Below are positions 8,149-17,888 of a stretch of DNA of 64,000 bases, one piece after another (positions within the stretch are counted from its first letter, which is position 1; every line of letters starts with the position of its first letter). The DNA is from an uncultured Gammaproteobacteria bacterium. GTDB lineage: Bacteria > Patescibacteriota > Microgenomatia > PFEM01 > JAPLYW01. The stretch is taken from contig OZ246397.1 in NCBI GenBank assembly GCA_965230945.1, positions 4,692 to 68,691 on the forward strand, in the 5' to 3' direction. The position numbers were made by a program, and so were the translations under genes. The notes under the pieces were generated by a model. It had not been told where the DNA came from. It did not search any database and saw only the letters and a program-made list of their open reading frames with translations.

Positions 8149-10761
8149 ATGAGCCGTTGGCAGCAGATTTGGCACAGACGCAGTTCTAGAAGAGATTATT
8201 ATTCTCGTCGAAAAAGTAAAACCAAGTCTAAATTAGTAGCTAGATTAGCTATCATTGCTTTCATTGGACTTTTGGGTTTGACTATTTTTAGTGCCGGTTT
8301 GTTTGCCTTTTATGCCAAAGATTTACCCCATCCTGACAAGGTAGTTCGTAGAGAAGGTTTTTCTACCAAAATTTATGATCGCAACGGTGAACTTTTGTAT
8401 GATATTTTTTCTGATCAAAGAAGGACGCCAGTTAAATTAGATGAGGTCCCCCAGCATTTAAAGAACGCGACTATTGCCATTGAAGATAAAAATTTCTATA
8501 GACATGGTGGCTTTGATCCAACAGGTATTTTTCGAGCTTTAACTAATATTGTCATTCGTGGTCGTCTTCAGGGAGGTTCCACCTTGACTCAGCAGTTAGT
8601 AAAAAATGTTTTACTTACCCCTCAAAGAACAGTCACTCGTAAATTAAAAGAATTTATTTTATCTATTCAAATTGAAAATCGTTATTCCAAAGACCAGATT
8701 TTGCAGATGTATCTCAACGAGGTCCCCTTTGGTGGAACGGCTTGGGGTGTTCAAGCAGCTTCGGAAACTTACTTTGATAAAAAAGTTTCCGAGTTAAACT
8801 TAATAGAATCAGCCATTCTAGCCGGTTTGCCTCAAAGACCAAGTGTTTACTCCCCTTTTAATGATGATGAAGCTTATATTGGACGAACGACCCAAGTTTT
8901 AAAAAGAATGAGAGAAGATGGTTATATTACCGCAGAGCAGGAAAAAGAGGTTTTAAATCAGCTTAAGAAGGTAGAATTTGCTTCAGAGGGGATTGGCTTT
9001 AAAGCCCCTCATTTCGTGATGTATGTTAAGCAGCAACTAGAAGAACGTTACGGACAGAGTTTAGTTGAGGGAGGCGGGTTGAAAGTAACGACAACTTTAG
9101 ATTTAGAACTCCAAGAGCAAGCCCAAGAGGCAGTCACAGAAGAAATCAAAAAAGTAGAGTATCTTCATATTACTAATGGGGCAGCTTTGGTAATTGATCC
9201 CAGTAATGGCGAAATTTTAGCGATGGTGGGATCTAAAAACTATAGTGATCCTGATTATGATGGCAAAGTTAATGTAACTTTATCTTTGCGTCAGCCGGGA
9301 TCAGCTATAAAACCTGTTACCTATGTGACGGCTCTGAAAAAGGGTTATAATGCCGCTTCTTTAATTATGGATACGGCGACGGTTTTTCCTGGTGGGACTG
9401 GTCTTCCCGACTACAAGCCAGTTAACTATGATGGTAATTTTAATGGTCCCCTGCAGGTTCGTTTTGCTTTGGGTAATTCGATTAATATGGCAGCCGTTAA
9501 AATGTTGGCCAAAGTAGGAGTTAAAGAAATGCTTAATACAGCCTATCAAATGGGTATTTCTAGTCTTAAACCTACCAATGAAAATTTGAAGCGTTTCGGT
9601 TTGTCAGTAACTTTAGGTGGGGGTGAGGTTAGGCTGTTGGAATTAACTTCTGCTTATTCGGCTTTTGCCAATGGTGGTTTAAAAGTTGAACCGATTTCCA
9701 TTTTGAAGGTTACCGATAAGGATGGTAAGGTTTTAGATGAATACAAACCGGTTACTGGTAAAAAGGTTTTAACTCGAGAAGAGGCCTTTTTAATTTCTCA
9801 TATTCTTTCTGATAACAATGCCCGCTTAATTACTTTTGGTGAACGTAGTGCTTTGGTGATTAGTAACAGAACTGTGGCTGTAAAGACAGGAACAACTAAT
9901 GATAAGCGTGATAATTGGACTATTGGTTGGACACCACAAGTAGTCGTCGCTGTTTGGGTAGGTAATAATGACAATAGCCCTATGAAACAGGTTTCTTCTG
10001 GGGTATCTGGAGCAGCTCCTATTTGGCGTAGAATTATAGAGGCGGCCCTAAAAGGTAAATCTAATATTGGTTTTATTGTTCCCGAGGGAATTGTAACAGC
10101 TGAAGTTGATCAAGTTTCAGGGTATAGAGCCCATGATGGCTTTCCTTCCCGGGTTGAGTATTTTATAAAAGGGACAGAGCCGCAAGGAGAAGATCCAATC
10201 CATACCGAACTTAAGCTTTGTCGAGGTCAAGAAAAGCTGGCTACTTTAGCTCAAATCGCTCGGGGTGAATACGAAGAAAAAGAATACTTTGTTTTTAAGG
10301 AAGAAGATCCTATATCGACTGATGGTGTTAATCGTTGGCAACAAGGCATTGATGAATGGTTATCTACCCAAGGTGATTCTCGTTATCATTCTCCGACAGA
10401 ATACTGCGGTTCAATAGATGAAATTGAGGTAAGAATTGATGAGCCAGCTCATGAAAGCCAAATTGATAACAATGAAGTGAGAGTTAAAGGTAAAATTATT
10501 GCTACTAATAATATTACCAAGATAGAGATTCTGATTGACGGAGAGGTGAAAGAGATAATTGAGAACAGTAGGAAGTTCGACAAAATCTTTAATCTTACTG
10601 ACGGTACTTATTTTGTTGAAGTTAAAGCTTATGATGATCAGGGTAACCAAGGGGAAAGAGGTGCCAGAATTGGCGTTAATGTCCCTTGGAATTGGGAGGA
10701 ACCAACTCCAACACCCTCCCCCACTCTCACTCTAACTCCTACACCTAACATAACACCGTAG
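8149..10761 (+). CDS. class A penicillin-binding protein (glycosyltransferase + transpeptidase) with extra C-terminal domain and Pro/Thr tail
   Basis: GT51 motifs (EDKNFYRHGG, RKLKE) and transpeptidase motifs (SAIKP, SLN-like, KTGTT). Ends in PTPTPSPTLTLTPTPNITP. Confidence 0.85.
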   Translation: MSRWQQIWHRRSSRRDYYSRRKSKTKSKLVARLAIIAFIGLLGLTIFSAGLFAFYAKDLPHPDKVVRREGFSTKIYDRNGELLYDIFSDQRRTPVKLDEVPQHLKNATIAIEDKNFYRHGGFDPTGIFRALTNIVIRGRLQGGSTLTQQLVKNVLLTPQRTVTRKLKEFILSIQIENRYSKDQILQMYLNEVPFGGTAWGVQAASETYFDKKVSELNLIESAILAGLPQRPSVYSPFNDDEAYIGRTTQVLKRMREDGYITAEQEKEVLNQLKKVEFASEGIGFKAPHFVMYVKQQLEERYGQSLVEGGGLKVTTTLDLELQEQAQEAVTEEIKKVEYLHITNGAALVIDPSNGEILAMVGSKNYSDPDYDGKVNVTLSLRQPGSAIKPVTYVTALKKGYNAASLIMDTATVFPGGTGLPDYKPVNYDGNFNGPLQVRFALGNSINMAAVKMLAKVGVKEMLNTAYQMGISSLKPTNENLKRFGLSVTLGGGEVRLLELTSAYSAFANGGLKVEPISILKVTDKDGKVLDEYKPVTGKKVLTREEAFLISHILSDNNARLITFGERSALVISNRTVAVKTGTTNDKRDNWTIGWTPQVVVAVWVGNNDNSPMKQVSSGVSGAAPIWRRIIEAALKGKSNIGFIVPEGIVTAEVDQVSGYRAHDGFPSRVEYFIKGTEPQGEDPIHTELKLCRGQEKLATLAQIARGEYEEKEYFVFKEEDPISTDGVNRWQQGIDEWLSTQGDSRYHSPTEYCGSIDEIEVRIDEPAHESQIDNNEVRVKGKIIATNNITKIEILIDGEVKEIIENSRKFDKIFNLTDGTYFVEVKAYDDQGNQGERGARIGVNVPWNWEEPTPTPSPTLTLTPTPNITP

Positions 10762-10888
10762 AGTTTACTAAAATGTTAATAGGACCCAAAAATAGAAGTG
10801 TTAGAAAAATTTTTCTATATAAATAAACTCTTTTTGAATAAAAAACATAGAAGAAGTATAGGCGGGCGGGGCAAATGAAGTATTATGG

Positions 10889-12916
10889 TTAACTTTTCAG
10901 TTTTATTTCGAATTTATCTTTAAAAGTTTTTATTATTTTATTTCTTACCTTTTTGACTTCTTTATCTGTAAGGGTTTTTTTGTCGTCTTGATAAGTAATT
11001 CTAAAAGTGTAATTGTCCTTAAAAGAATCTACTAACTCTACGGTTTTAATAATTAAACTACTCGATTTAATTAATTCAATTAAATCATTTATAAAAACTT
11101 TTTTGTCTACAATAAAAGTTAAATCTTCAATAATGGCTGGATATTTAGGAATAGCCTTATATTCTTTAATAGAATTGGCATATTTTAGAAGTTGATTAAA
11201 TTCAATGTCTAAAATGATTATTTTTCTTTTGATATTGAATTTAGAGATAATATCTTGATTTACTTCCCCGATTATTCCCAATGGTTCTTTATTAATTATA
11301 ACTTCAGCCAATTTGTTGTGTTTAAAGATTTTTCCATAAGCTGTTTTTTCAAGTTCATAAGGTTTGAATTTATAGTTTTTAATATTTAATTCGCTTAAAA
11401 GAACTTCAAGAATTCCCTTGAGTGAGTAAAAGTCATCTTGATTGCTAGCTATAGTTAAGGTTAGGTCCTCTTTTGGAAGCCTATCCTTACTAATAGGAAG
11501 ATAGACATTGGCTAATTCAAAAACTTTAATATTTTCTTGATATTTCTGATTTTTACTAATTACCTCGAGAATTGCGGGAATTAAGGAAGGGCGCATAAGA
11601 GCCTCTTCACTTAATGGATTGGCAATTTGAATATAATCGCTACTTTCTATTTTGGTTTTTTCTAAAAGTTTTTGACTAATCATGGAATAATTATATGTTT
11701 CGTTAAAACCTAAATCTTTGAGTAAATTTTTAACTTTATCTTGCCAAACAAAAGTTTCTTTTTCTTCTTCTTGAGATATATTGCCAATAAAAAGATTATT
11801 AGGGAAGTTGTTGTAGCCATAAATACGGGCAATTTCTTCAATTAGATCTTCGGGAATATTGATATCATCATTACGCCAATGAGGTACAATAACCTCTATT
11901 TGGTTTTGTTTAATTATAGTTTTAAAGTTAAGGTCGTTAAGGATCTTTTGGCTTTCGTTAATGTCGATTTTAATACCAGTAATTTCTTGTAATTTGTTTT
12001 GTGAAAGGGTTACTTTTTTAATTTTTGGTTTGTTGGGATAAATATCAATAAGATTGCTGGCGACAGAAGCATGGCAGTTTTCTTTAAACAAATTAATAGC
12101 TCTTCTCATAGCGGGAAGGACTCCTTCAGGATCAATCCCCTTTTCGAAACGAGAAGCAGCTTCAGTTCTAAAAGAAAGTTTCTGACAGGTCTGGCGGATT
12201 TTAGCTGGATCATAGGTTTGGATGAATAACAAAACTCTTTTTGTATTTTCGTCCACCTCTGAATTAGCCCCGCCCAAAATGCCGCAAAGGTCAATAATTC
12301 TTTTGTCCCCGTCTTCAATAACAATAGTGCCTTGAGGTAGGGATCTTTTTTTACCATCAATGGTGACGATTTGTTCTTCTGATTTAGATTCTCTAAGAAT
12401 AATTTTGCTTTTTTTGATTTTATCGTAATCAAAGGTGTGCATTGGCTGTCCGAGTTCAATCATAAGGTAATTGGAAATATCAATGACATTATTCAAAGCT
12501 CTAATGCCAACTTTTTCTAGTCTTTCTTGAATAACTTTAGGTGATGGTTTGATTTTGATATTATCAAAGATAAGAGCGGTAAATCTCGGGCAAAGGGTAG
12601 CTTTAGAGATAATTACTTTTAAGGGTAGTGTTTTTTTAATACTCTTTAGATTTTCCTTATCTTCCTCTGGTTTTTTAAGTTCTGCCTTAATATTGAATCT
12701 GGGGAGAACGGCCTTTAATTCTCTGGCAATACCAAAAACGGAAAGACAATCAGGGCGATTGCTAGTTATCTCTATCTCGTAAATAGAATCTCTCCCTGAA
12801 GGAATGATTTTTTCTACTGACTGGCTACATAAAGAAAGATACTCAGCAATTTGCTTAACGGTTGCCTTGGTTTTTAAAAAGTCTCTTAGCCAGGAATCAG
12901 GAATTAAAATATTCAT
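10889..12916 (-). CDS. pheT: phenylalanine--tRNA ligase beta subunit (short form)
   Basis: B3/B4 and B5 domains. Immediately downstream of pheS. Confidence 0.8.
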   Translation of the reverse strand: MNILIPDSWLRDFLKTKATVKQIAEYLSLCSQSVEKIIPSGRDSIYEIEITSNRPDCLSVFGIARELKAVLPRFNIKAELKKPEEDKENLKSIKKTLPLKVIISKATLCPRFTALIFDNIKIKPSPKVIQERLEKVGIRALNNVIDISNYLMIELGQPMHTFDYDKIKKSKIILRESKSEEQIVTIDGKKRSLPQGTIVIEDGDKRIIDLCGILGGANSEVDENTKRVLLFIQTYDPAKIRQTCQKLSFRTEAASRFEKGIDPEGVLPAMRRAINLFKENCHASVASNLIDIYPNKPKIKKVTLSQNKLQEITGIKIDINESQKILNDLNFKTIIKQNQIEVIVPHWRNDDINIPEDLIEEIARIYGYNNFPNNLFIGNISQEEEKETFVWQDKVKNLLKDLGFNETYNYSMISQKLLEKTKIESSDYIQIANPLSEEALMRPSLIPAILEVISKNQKYQENIKVFELANVYLPISKDRLPKEDLTLTIASNQDDFYSLKGILEVLLSELNIKNYKFKPYELEKTAYGKIFKHNKLAEVIINKEPLGIIGEVNQDIISKFNIKRKIIILDIEFNQLLKYANSIKEYKAIPKYPAIIEDLTFIVDKKVFINDLIELIKSSSLIIKTVELVDSFKDNYTFRITYQDDKKTLTDKEVKKVRNKIIKTFKDKFEIKLKS

Positions 12917-13948
12917 CTAGAATTGATTTAAAAAGCGAAAATCACTATTAAATAATAATCTAATATCATTAATGCCGTACTTCATCATTAAAACCCGTTC
13001 TAGGCCAAAACCTGAGGCAAAACCAGTATATTTTTTAGGATCTAGCCCCCCATTTTTCAAAACCTGAGGATGAACCATACCAGCTCCCCCAATTTCCATC
13101 CAACCTTCTTTGCAGACTTTACATCCTTTACCACCACAAACCAAACAGGTAATATCAACTTCAAAGGAAGGCTCGGTAAACTGAAAGTGAAAAGGTCTAA
13201 TTCTTGTCTTCCTATTTTGACCAAAATATTGTTTAACAAAGTAATCTAAGGTTCCTTTAAGATGAGTAATGTTAATACCCTTATCGACAACTAAAGTTTC
13301 GAATTGATAAAACATAGGTGTATGGGAGGCGTCAATCTGACGACGATAACACTTAGCGATATTAAACATTCGTATTGGCGGTTTATGCTTTTCCAATTCT
13401 CTTAGCTGTCCTGAAGAAGTATGAGGAGTTAGAACGGCACCATCATATTTTTTATTGTTTAGGTCCTTAATGAAAAAAGTTTCCCATTCATCTCTGGCGG
13501 GATGATTTTTGGGCATATTAAGGCCTTTAAAGGCGTACCAGTCCCATTCAACTTCTGGATAGGAAACCTGTTTAAAGCCAATCTTCTTAAAGATGTTTAC
13601 AATTTCTTGAGTGGCGAGAGTAATTAAATGAAGATGGCCAAGGGATGGTTTTTTACCAGGAAGAGTAATATCAAACCATTGATCTTCTTTTTTGGTTTTT
13701 TGTTCTCTTAAAATAGAAATTCGTTGCTTAATACTATCTTCAACAATTTTTTTAGCATCGTTAATAAGGATACCGATCTCTTTACGTTGTTCAGCTTCTA
13801 ATTTAGGTAATTCTTTGATCAAATCGGTAAGCTCCCCTTTACGTCCTAGATAATTAATTCTTATCTGTTCCAGCTCTTCTTTTGATTTGGCTTCAATGAT
13901 ACTTGAAAGGGCTTGGTTTTTAAGATTTTGAATTTTGCTAAGGTTCAT
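12917..13948 (-). CDS. pheS: phenylalanine--tRNA ligase alpha subunit
   Basis: Class II motifs (FNIAKCYRRQ-like, GGAGMVHPQVL, GFGLERV). Confidence 0.9.
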   Translation of the reverse strand: MNLSKIQNLKNQALSSIIEAKSKEELEQIRINYLGRKGELTDLIKELPKLEAEQRKEIGILINDAKKIVEDSIKQRISILREQKTKKEDQWFDITLPGKKPSLGHLHLITLATQEIVNIFKKIGFKQVSYPEVEWDWYAFKGLNMPKNHPARDEWETFFIKDLNNKKYDGAVLTPHTSSGQLRELEKHKPPIRMFNIAKCYRRQIDASHTPMFYQFETLVVDKGINITHLKGTLDYFVKQYFGQNRKTRIRPFHFQFTEPSFEVDITCLVCGGKGCKVCKEGWMEIGGAGMVHPQVLKNGGLDPKKYTGFASGFGLERVLMMKYGINDIRLLFNSDFRFLNQF

Positions 13949-13995
13949 AGTTTAATCTTCGCATAAAACTAGCTGATAAACAATATTAATTTAGA

Positions 13996-14031
13996 TTTAA
14001 AAAAGCCTCCCTACGGAGGCTCATTTTTTTC
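13996..14031. terminator. bidirectional intrinsic terminator (GCCTCC-CTAC-GGAGGC flanked by A- and T-runs)
   Basis: Perfect 6-bp GC stem at 14005-14020. AAAAAA upstream and TTTTTTT downstream. Terminates the minus-strand infC-rpmI-rplT transcript before pheST. Confidence 0.6.
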
Positions 14032-14159
14032 TATCTTTAAAAACGCAAAATCCAACCTCCCTACAAACAGCTTTAGGTGAAAAACAACCCATTTCTTGCT
14101 GTCCAGGTAATGGTTGGAACTTGCATTGGGAGTATTATAAAGGAATTATAAAATTATTG

Positions 14160-14510
14160 TCAAGAGGTTTTTCTTATTTTGCTGACGATCGTCTCAAAGG
14201 TTTTAGGATCCGAGGTGATTATTTCAGAAAGAATTTTACGGTTGAGCTCTATTTTAGCCTCTTTAAGAGCGTTGATAAATTTAGAATAAGAAAAGCTTTT
14301 TTTTGCTAAAGCAGCATTAATTCTGGTAATCCAAAGTTTTCTGAAGTCTCTTTTCTTTAGTTTTCTACCCACATAGGCATATTGACCGGCATGAAGATCA
14401 GCCTCTTTAGAAACTTTATAGAGTCTGCCTTTAGTCATTCTAAAGCCTTTGGTTCTTTTGAGAACCTTTTTATGTCTTTTAGATCTTGTGGTACCTGTTT
14501 TGATACGCAT
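14160..14510 (-). CDS. rplT: 50S ribosomal protein L20
   Basis: MRIKTGTTRSKRHKKVLKRTKGF is a canonical bL20. Confidence 0.9.
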   Translation of the reverse strand: MRIKTGTTRSKRHKKVLKRTKGFRMTKGRLYKVSKEADLHAGQYAYVGRKLKKRDFRKLWITRINAALAKKSFSYSKFINALKEAKIELNRKILSEIITSDPKTFETIVSKIRKTS

Positions 14511-14512
14511 TT

Positions 14513-14713
14513 TTACTTTCCTAATAGTTTTTTAACTTTTCTTTTCCACTTGCCGCTCATTTCTTTAGGAATTTTTTGGGCCCTTACCTGACCTTTTTTC
14601 TTTTTACGGCGAAGATGTTTGACATGTGAGCCTCGAAATAAAACCTTACCAGTTTTAGTTACTTTAAACCTTCTTGAAATTGATTTTTTAATTTTTAGTT
14701 TGTTCTTTTTCAT
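14513..14713 (-). CDS. rpmI: 50S ribosomal protein L35
   Basis: Lys/Arg-rich 66 aa between infC and rplT. Confidence 0.85.
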   Translation of the reverse strand: MKKNKLKIKKSISRRFKVTKTGKVLFRGSHVKHLRRKKKKGQVRAQKIPKEMSGKWKRKVKKLLGK

Positions 14714-15242
14714 TTTTATTACCTTTTTCTGGTACTAAGGTTGTTTCTAACCTTCTGCCAATAATTTTAGGTTCAGTTTCAACTCTAGAAAAGGGACTGA
14801 TTTTTTCAATAACTTTTTTAAGGAGACTGTAGCCAATTTCTTTTTTGGTAATCTGCCTGCCTTTAAACCTAAGATTAATTTTTACTTTATGTCCTTCTTT
14901 TAAAAATTTTTCAATCTTCTTTATTCTAAAATTAAGATCATTTTCAGCTATAAATAAAGTTAGCCTGACTTCTTTTAACTCTGTTTTTCTGCATTTTTTC
15001 TTCTCTTCTTGTTTCTTTTTAGCCTGTAAATATTTAAATTTTTTAAAATCAATAATTTTACAAACCGGTGGCTTTGCTTTAGGAGCAACCTCAACTAAAT
15101 CAAGCTTTGCTTCTTGGGCTTTAGCTAAAGCCTGTCTGGAATCCAAAATTCCAATTTGTTTTCCTTTTTCATCAATAACCCGAACTTTTTCGGCGTTAAT
15201 ATATTGGTTTGTGCGATAGAATCTATTGGATTTCTTGAACAA
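14688..15242 (-). CDS. infC: translation initiation factor IF-3, probably starting at a non-AUG codon (TTG 15242-15240 or ATT 15200-15198)
   Basis: C-terminal region aligns with IF3 (PPVCKIIDFKKFKY, LKEVRL). The ORF-track start at 15314 overlaps thrS by 50 nt. An IF3-like N-terminus begins about 13 aa before YINAEKVRV. A non-AUG start is the known autoregulatory feature of infC. Confidence 0.7.
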   Translation of the reverse strand: MFKKSNRFYRTNQYINAEKVRVIDEKGKQIGILDSRQALAKAQEAKLDLVEVAPKAKPPVCKIIDFKKFKYLQAKKKQEEKKKCRKTELKEVRLTLFIAENDLNFRIKKIEKFLKEGHKVKINLRFKGRQITKKEIGYSLLKKVIEKISPFSRVETEPKIIGRRLETTLVPEKGNKNEKEQTKN

Positions 15243-15264
15243 GGTTTGGTTTAGTTTATCAAAT

Positions 15265-17010
15265 TTACTTCTTTTTATCAATATTTTCTTTAAGAAGGCT
15301 AATGAATTTATCAACTTTCATATTTCCCATAACTTTACCACCCCTCGTTCTAATATTAATATTTTTCCCATTAACTTCTTTTTCACCGAGGATAACCATA
15401 TAAGGTATTTTTTGAATCTCAGCTTCTCTAATCTTTAGGCTGGTCGTTTGGTTACGATCGTCTAATTTAACACGAATTTTCTCTTCTTGGAGTTGATTAG
15501 TTATTTTTTGGGCATAATCTTTCTGTTTATCGGTGATGGGAATAACGATAACTTGTACAGGTGACAGCCAAAGAGGAAAAGCTCCAGCAAAATACTCAAT
15601 TAAAAGGGCTAATAGGCGTTCATACGATCCTAAGACCGATCTGTGAACCATTACTGGCGGTGTCTTTTTCCCATTTTGGTCAACGTAAACCAAACCAAAT
15701 CGTTTAGGCGTGGCAAAATCTAGTTGAACAGTAGGAATTTGAATCTCATTTCCCAAGGCATCTTTGAACATAAAATCCAGCTTAGGACCATATAGAGCTG
15801 CCTCTCCTTCACGTAGTTTAGCATCCAGCTTCATCTCATTGGCTACCTCTTTCAACATCTTCTCACACTTATCCCAATCCTTAGGTTCACCTATATATTT
15901 CTCCGGATGTTCATAATCTCTGACAGAAAGAGAAACCCAATGATGCCCCCAAAGACCAAGAGCGCTGTAAAAATCCTTGATAATATTAACCATATTGATT
16001 ATTTCGTCCTTTACCTGATCGATTCGGCAAAATGAATGGCCATCCTCAACTGTAATTGCATAAACTCGATTTAACCCCCCTACTTCACCGGTTTTCTCTG
16101 CCCGGTATTGCTTCCCCGATTCCATGTACCTTAGAGGTAGGTCACGATAAGATCTTGGCTTTGAAGCATAAATTTGAGTTTGGTGAGGACATAGAACAGG
16201 CCTCATCACAAAATCATGACCCCTTAGAGAAGAAACACGAAATAGTTCTTTTCCGAATTTGTCTGCATGGCCAGATAGCTTAAAGAGCTTTATTTTTGCT
16301 AAATGGGGAGTTATTACTTTTTCAAAACCATAACCCTGACAGACTTCTTCAATATATTTTTGCAATTCCTCTCTGATGACGGTCCCCTTTGGTGTATAGA
16401 GAGGTAAACCTGTCCCTACTAAATCAGAAAAACAAAAAAGGTCTAATTCCTTACCGATTTTTCTATGATCTCTTTTCTTAGCTTCTTCAAGCATCTTTAG
16501 GTGTTTATCTAGGTCTTTTTTATTTTCAAAACAGGCACCATAGATACGGGTTAGCATCTTATTCTTTTCGCTTCCCTTCCAATAAGCCCCGGCTAAAGAG
16601 AAGAGTTTAAAGGAGCCTATCTTTGAAGTATCACTAATATGGGGTCCTTTACAAAGGTCAATAAAATTTCCGCTTTTATAAAGAGAGACTTTTTTATTTC
16701 CTTCTTTTTTAAGATCCTCTATTAACTCTAGTTTATAAGGTTGCTTTTTAAAGAGATCCTGGGCTTTTTTAAAAGAAATTTCTTCTTTTTCAAATTTAAG
16801 AGTCTTTTTTTGAAGCTTTTTCATTTCTTTTTCTATTTTTTCAAGGTCTTTTTCGGTAATTGGCTTTTCAAATTCAAAATCATAATAGAAGCCATCTTTA
16901 ATAGCAGGACCAATGCCTAGTTTGGTTTTAGGAAAGAGTTTTAAAATGACCGCAGCCAGAAGATGGCTGCAGCTATGTCTTAATTTTTCCAATTGATTGT
17001 TCTTTTCCAT
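15265..17010 (-). CDS. thrS: threonine--tRNA ligase (lacks the N-terminal TGS domain)
   Basis: HSCSHLLAAAV editing-domain motif. Class II core and anticodon-binding domain. 581 aa. Confidence 0.9.
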   Translation of the reverse strand: MEKNNQLEKLRHSCSHLLAAVILKLFPKTKLGIGPAIKDGFYYDFEFEKPITEKDLEKIEKEMKKLQKKTLKFEKEEISFKKAQDLFKKQPYKLELIEDLKKEGNKKVSLYKSGNFIDLCKGPHISDTSKIGSFKLFSLAGAYWKGSEKNKMLTRIYGACFENKKDLDKHLKMLEEAKKRDHRKIGKELDLFCFSDLVGTGLPLYTPKGTVIREELQKYIEEVCQGYGFEKVITPHLAKIKLFKLSGHADKFGKELFRVSSLRGHDFVMRPVLCPHQTQIYASKPRSYRDLPLRYMESGKQYRAEKTGEVGGLNRVYAITVEDGHSFCRIDQVKDEIINMVNIIKDFYSALGLWGHHWVSLSVRDYEHPEKYIGEPKDWDKCEKMLKEVANEMKLDAKLREGEAALYGPKLDFMFKDALGNEIQIPTVQLDFATPKRFGLVYVDQNGKKTPPVMVHRSVLGSYERLLALLIEYFAGAFPLWLSPVQVIVIPITDKQKDYAQKITNQLQEEKIRVKLDDRNQTTSLKIREAEIQKIPYMVILGEKEVNGKNINIRTRGGKVMGNMKVDKFISLLKENIDKKK

Positions 17011-17011
17011 C

Positions 17012-17230
17012 TTAATTTGGTAAAACGTTCTTTCTGATTTCTAAAGCTTTGTTGGTGACTTCAATCAGATGAGCAAAGAAATTACCAATGATAGGTAATC
17101 CCCCTAGCCAATTAAGGATTATCCCCAAGATGGTAAAAAAGAGAGCAAAGCCGAGAGTGGCACCAATAGCCCAAAATAGCCCAGCAGAGAAATATTTTAG
17201 AAAATGCTTGCCAGATCTTTTTACTTTCAT
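17012..17230 (-). CDS. small membrane protein (about 72 aa). The ORF-track start at 17272 overlaps tRNA-Val, so the first Met at 17230 was used
   Basis: Two predicted TM helices. Its stop abuts the thrS start. Confidence 0.4.
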   Translation of the reverse strand: MKVKRSGKHFLKYFSAGLFWAIGATLGFALFFTILGIILNWLGGLPIIGNFFAHLIEVTNKALEIRKNVLPN

Positions 17231-17238
17231 AAAATCAG

Positions 17239-17312
17239 TGGGTGGTACAGGATTCGAACCTGTGGCCTTCACGATGTCGACGTGACGCTCTAACCAACTG
17301 AGCTAACCACCC
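17239..17312 (-). tRNA. tRNA-Val (anticodon GAC)
   Basis: Cloverleaf read by hand: acceptor GGGTGGT/ACCACCC, D-arm TAGCTCAGTTGGTTAGAGC, anticodon loop TCGACAT, T-arm GGTTCGAATCC. CCA not encoded. Confidence 0.85.
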
Positions 17313-17352
17313 GCTTTAATTATTGTACTAAAAAGGCAAAAGTTAAGCAAGA

Positions 17353-17859
17353 TTAACCTACAGAGGTGGCCACATATCTCTCTCCAGACATGGACCATTG
17401 GGTACCTGTTTTCTTGAATTGTGCCCAGTAATTCTTTTTCTTAGTATTTCTTTTATTAAAAATTTCCAGCCAGGTAGCTGCTTCTTCAACTTGTTTTTTT
17501 ATTAAAAGGATACCTTCTTTGAGTTTTTCAAAGAAGGTAAGGTGATAGATACCTGGTTCAACCGGAGTTTGTTCAACAGCTTTTTCTACTTCTTTGTCCA
17601 GGTTTTTAACGCTTTTGCTAAGCTCTTTTATCTCTTCTAAAATACTTTTTATCTTTTCCTCTTCTTTTTGGTGTTTTTGAACAAAGATTAGTCTATCTTG
17701 ATTTTGGATGAATTGGAATTGTTCAAGCTGTTTTTGAAGATCTTCTTTTTTTAAGCCCTTTTCTTCTGAAGGATCAAAACGGCTATCACCCTCGCGAATG
17801 ATCTCAGGGATACTTTGGTTAGGTACTCCCCCACTCTTTTTATTAGATTTACTAATCAT
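17353..17859 (-). CDS. hypothetical protein, coiled-coil rich (168 aa)
   Basis: ORF only. No recognisable family. Confidence 0.4.
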   Translation of the reverse strand: MISKSNKKSGGVPNQSIPEIIREGDSRFDPSEEKGLKKEDLQKQLEQFQFIQNQDRLIFVQKHQKEEEKIKSILEEIKELSKSVKNLDKEVEKAVEQTPVEPGIYHLTFFEKLKEGILLIKKQVEEAATWLEIFNKRNTKKKNYWAQFKKTGTQWSMSGERYVATSVG

Positions 17860-17888
17860 TTCTAGAAGGCAGGTTAGCTGTTAATATA

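Noticed and set aside
10762-10888. Palindrome TAGAAAAATTTTTCTA between the convergent PBP and pheT genes as a regulatory site
   Set aside because: AT-only perfect palindrome in a convergent gap. Most simply a weak bidirectional terminator or chance low-complexity sequence.
13949-14160. T-box riboswitch or leader attenuator upstream of pheST, and upstream of thrS
   Set aside because: Only about 50 bp separate the terminator from the pheS start. No T-box motif (AATTAGGGTGGTACCGCG-like) or specifier/antiterminator structure. thrS is immediately preceded by another gene.
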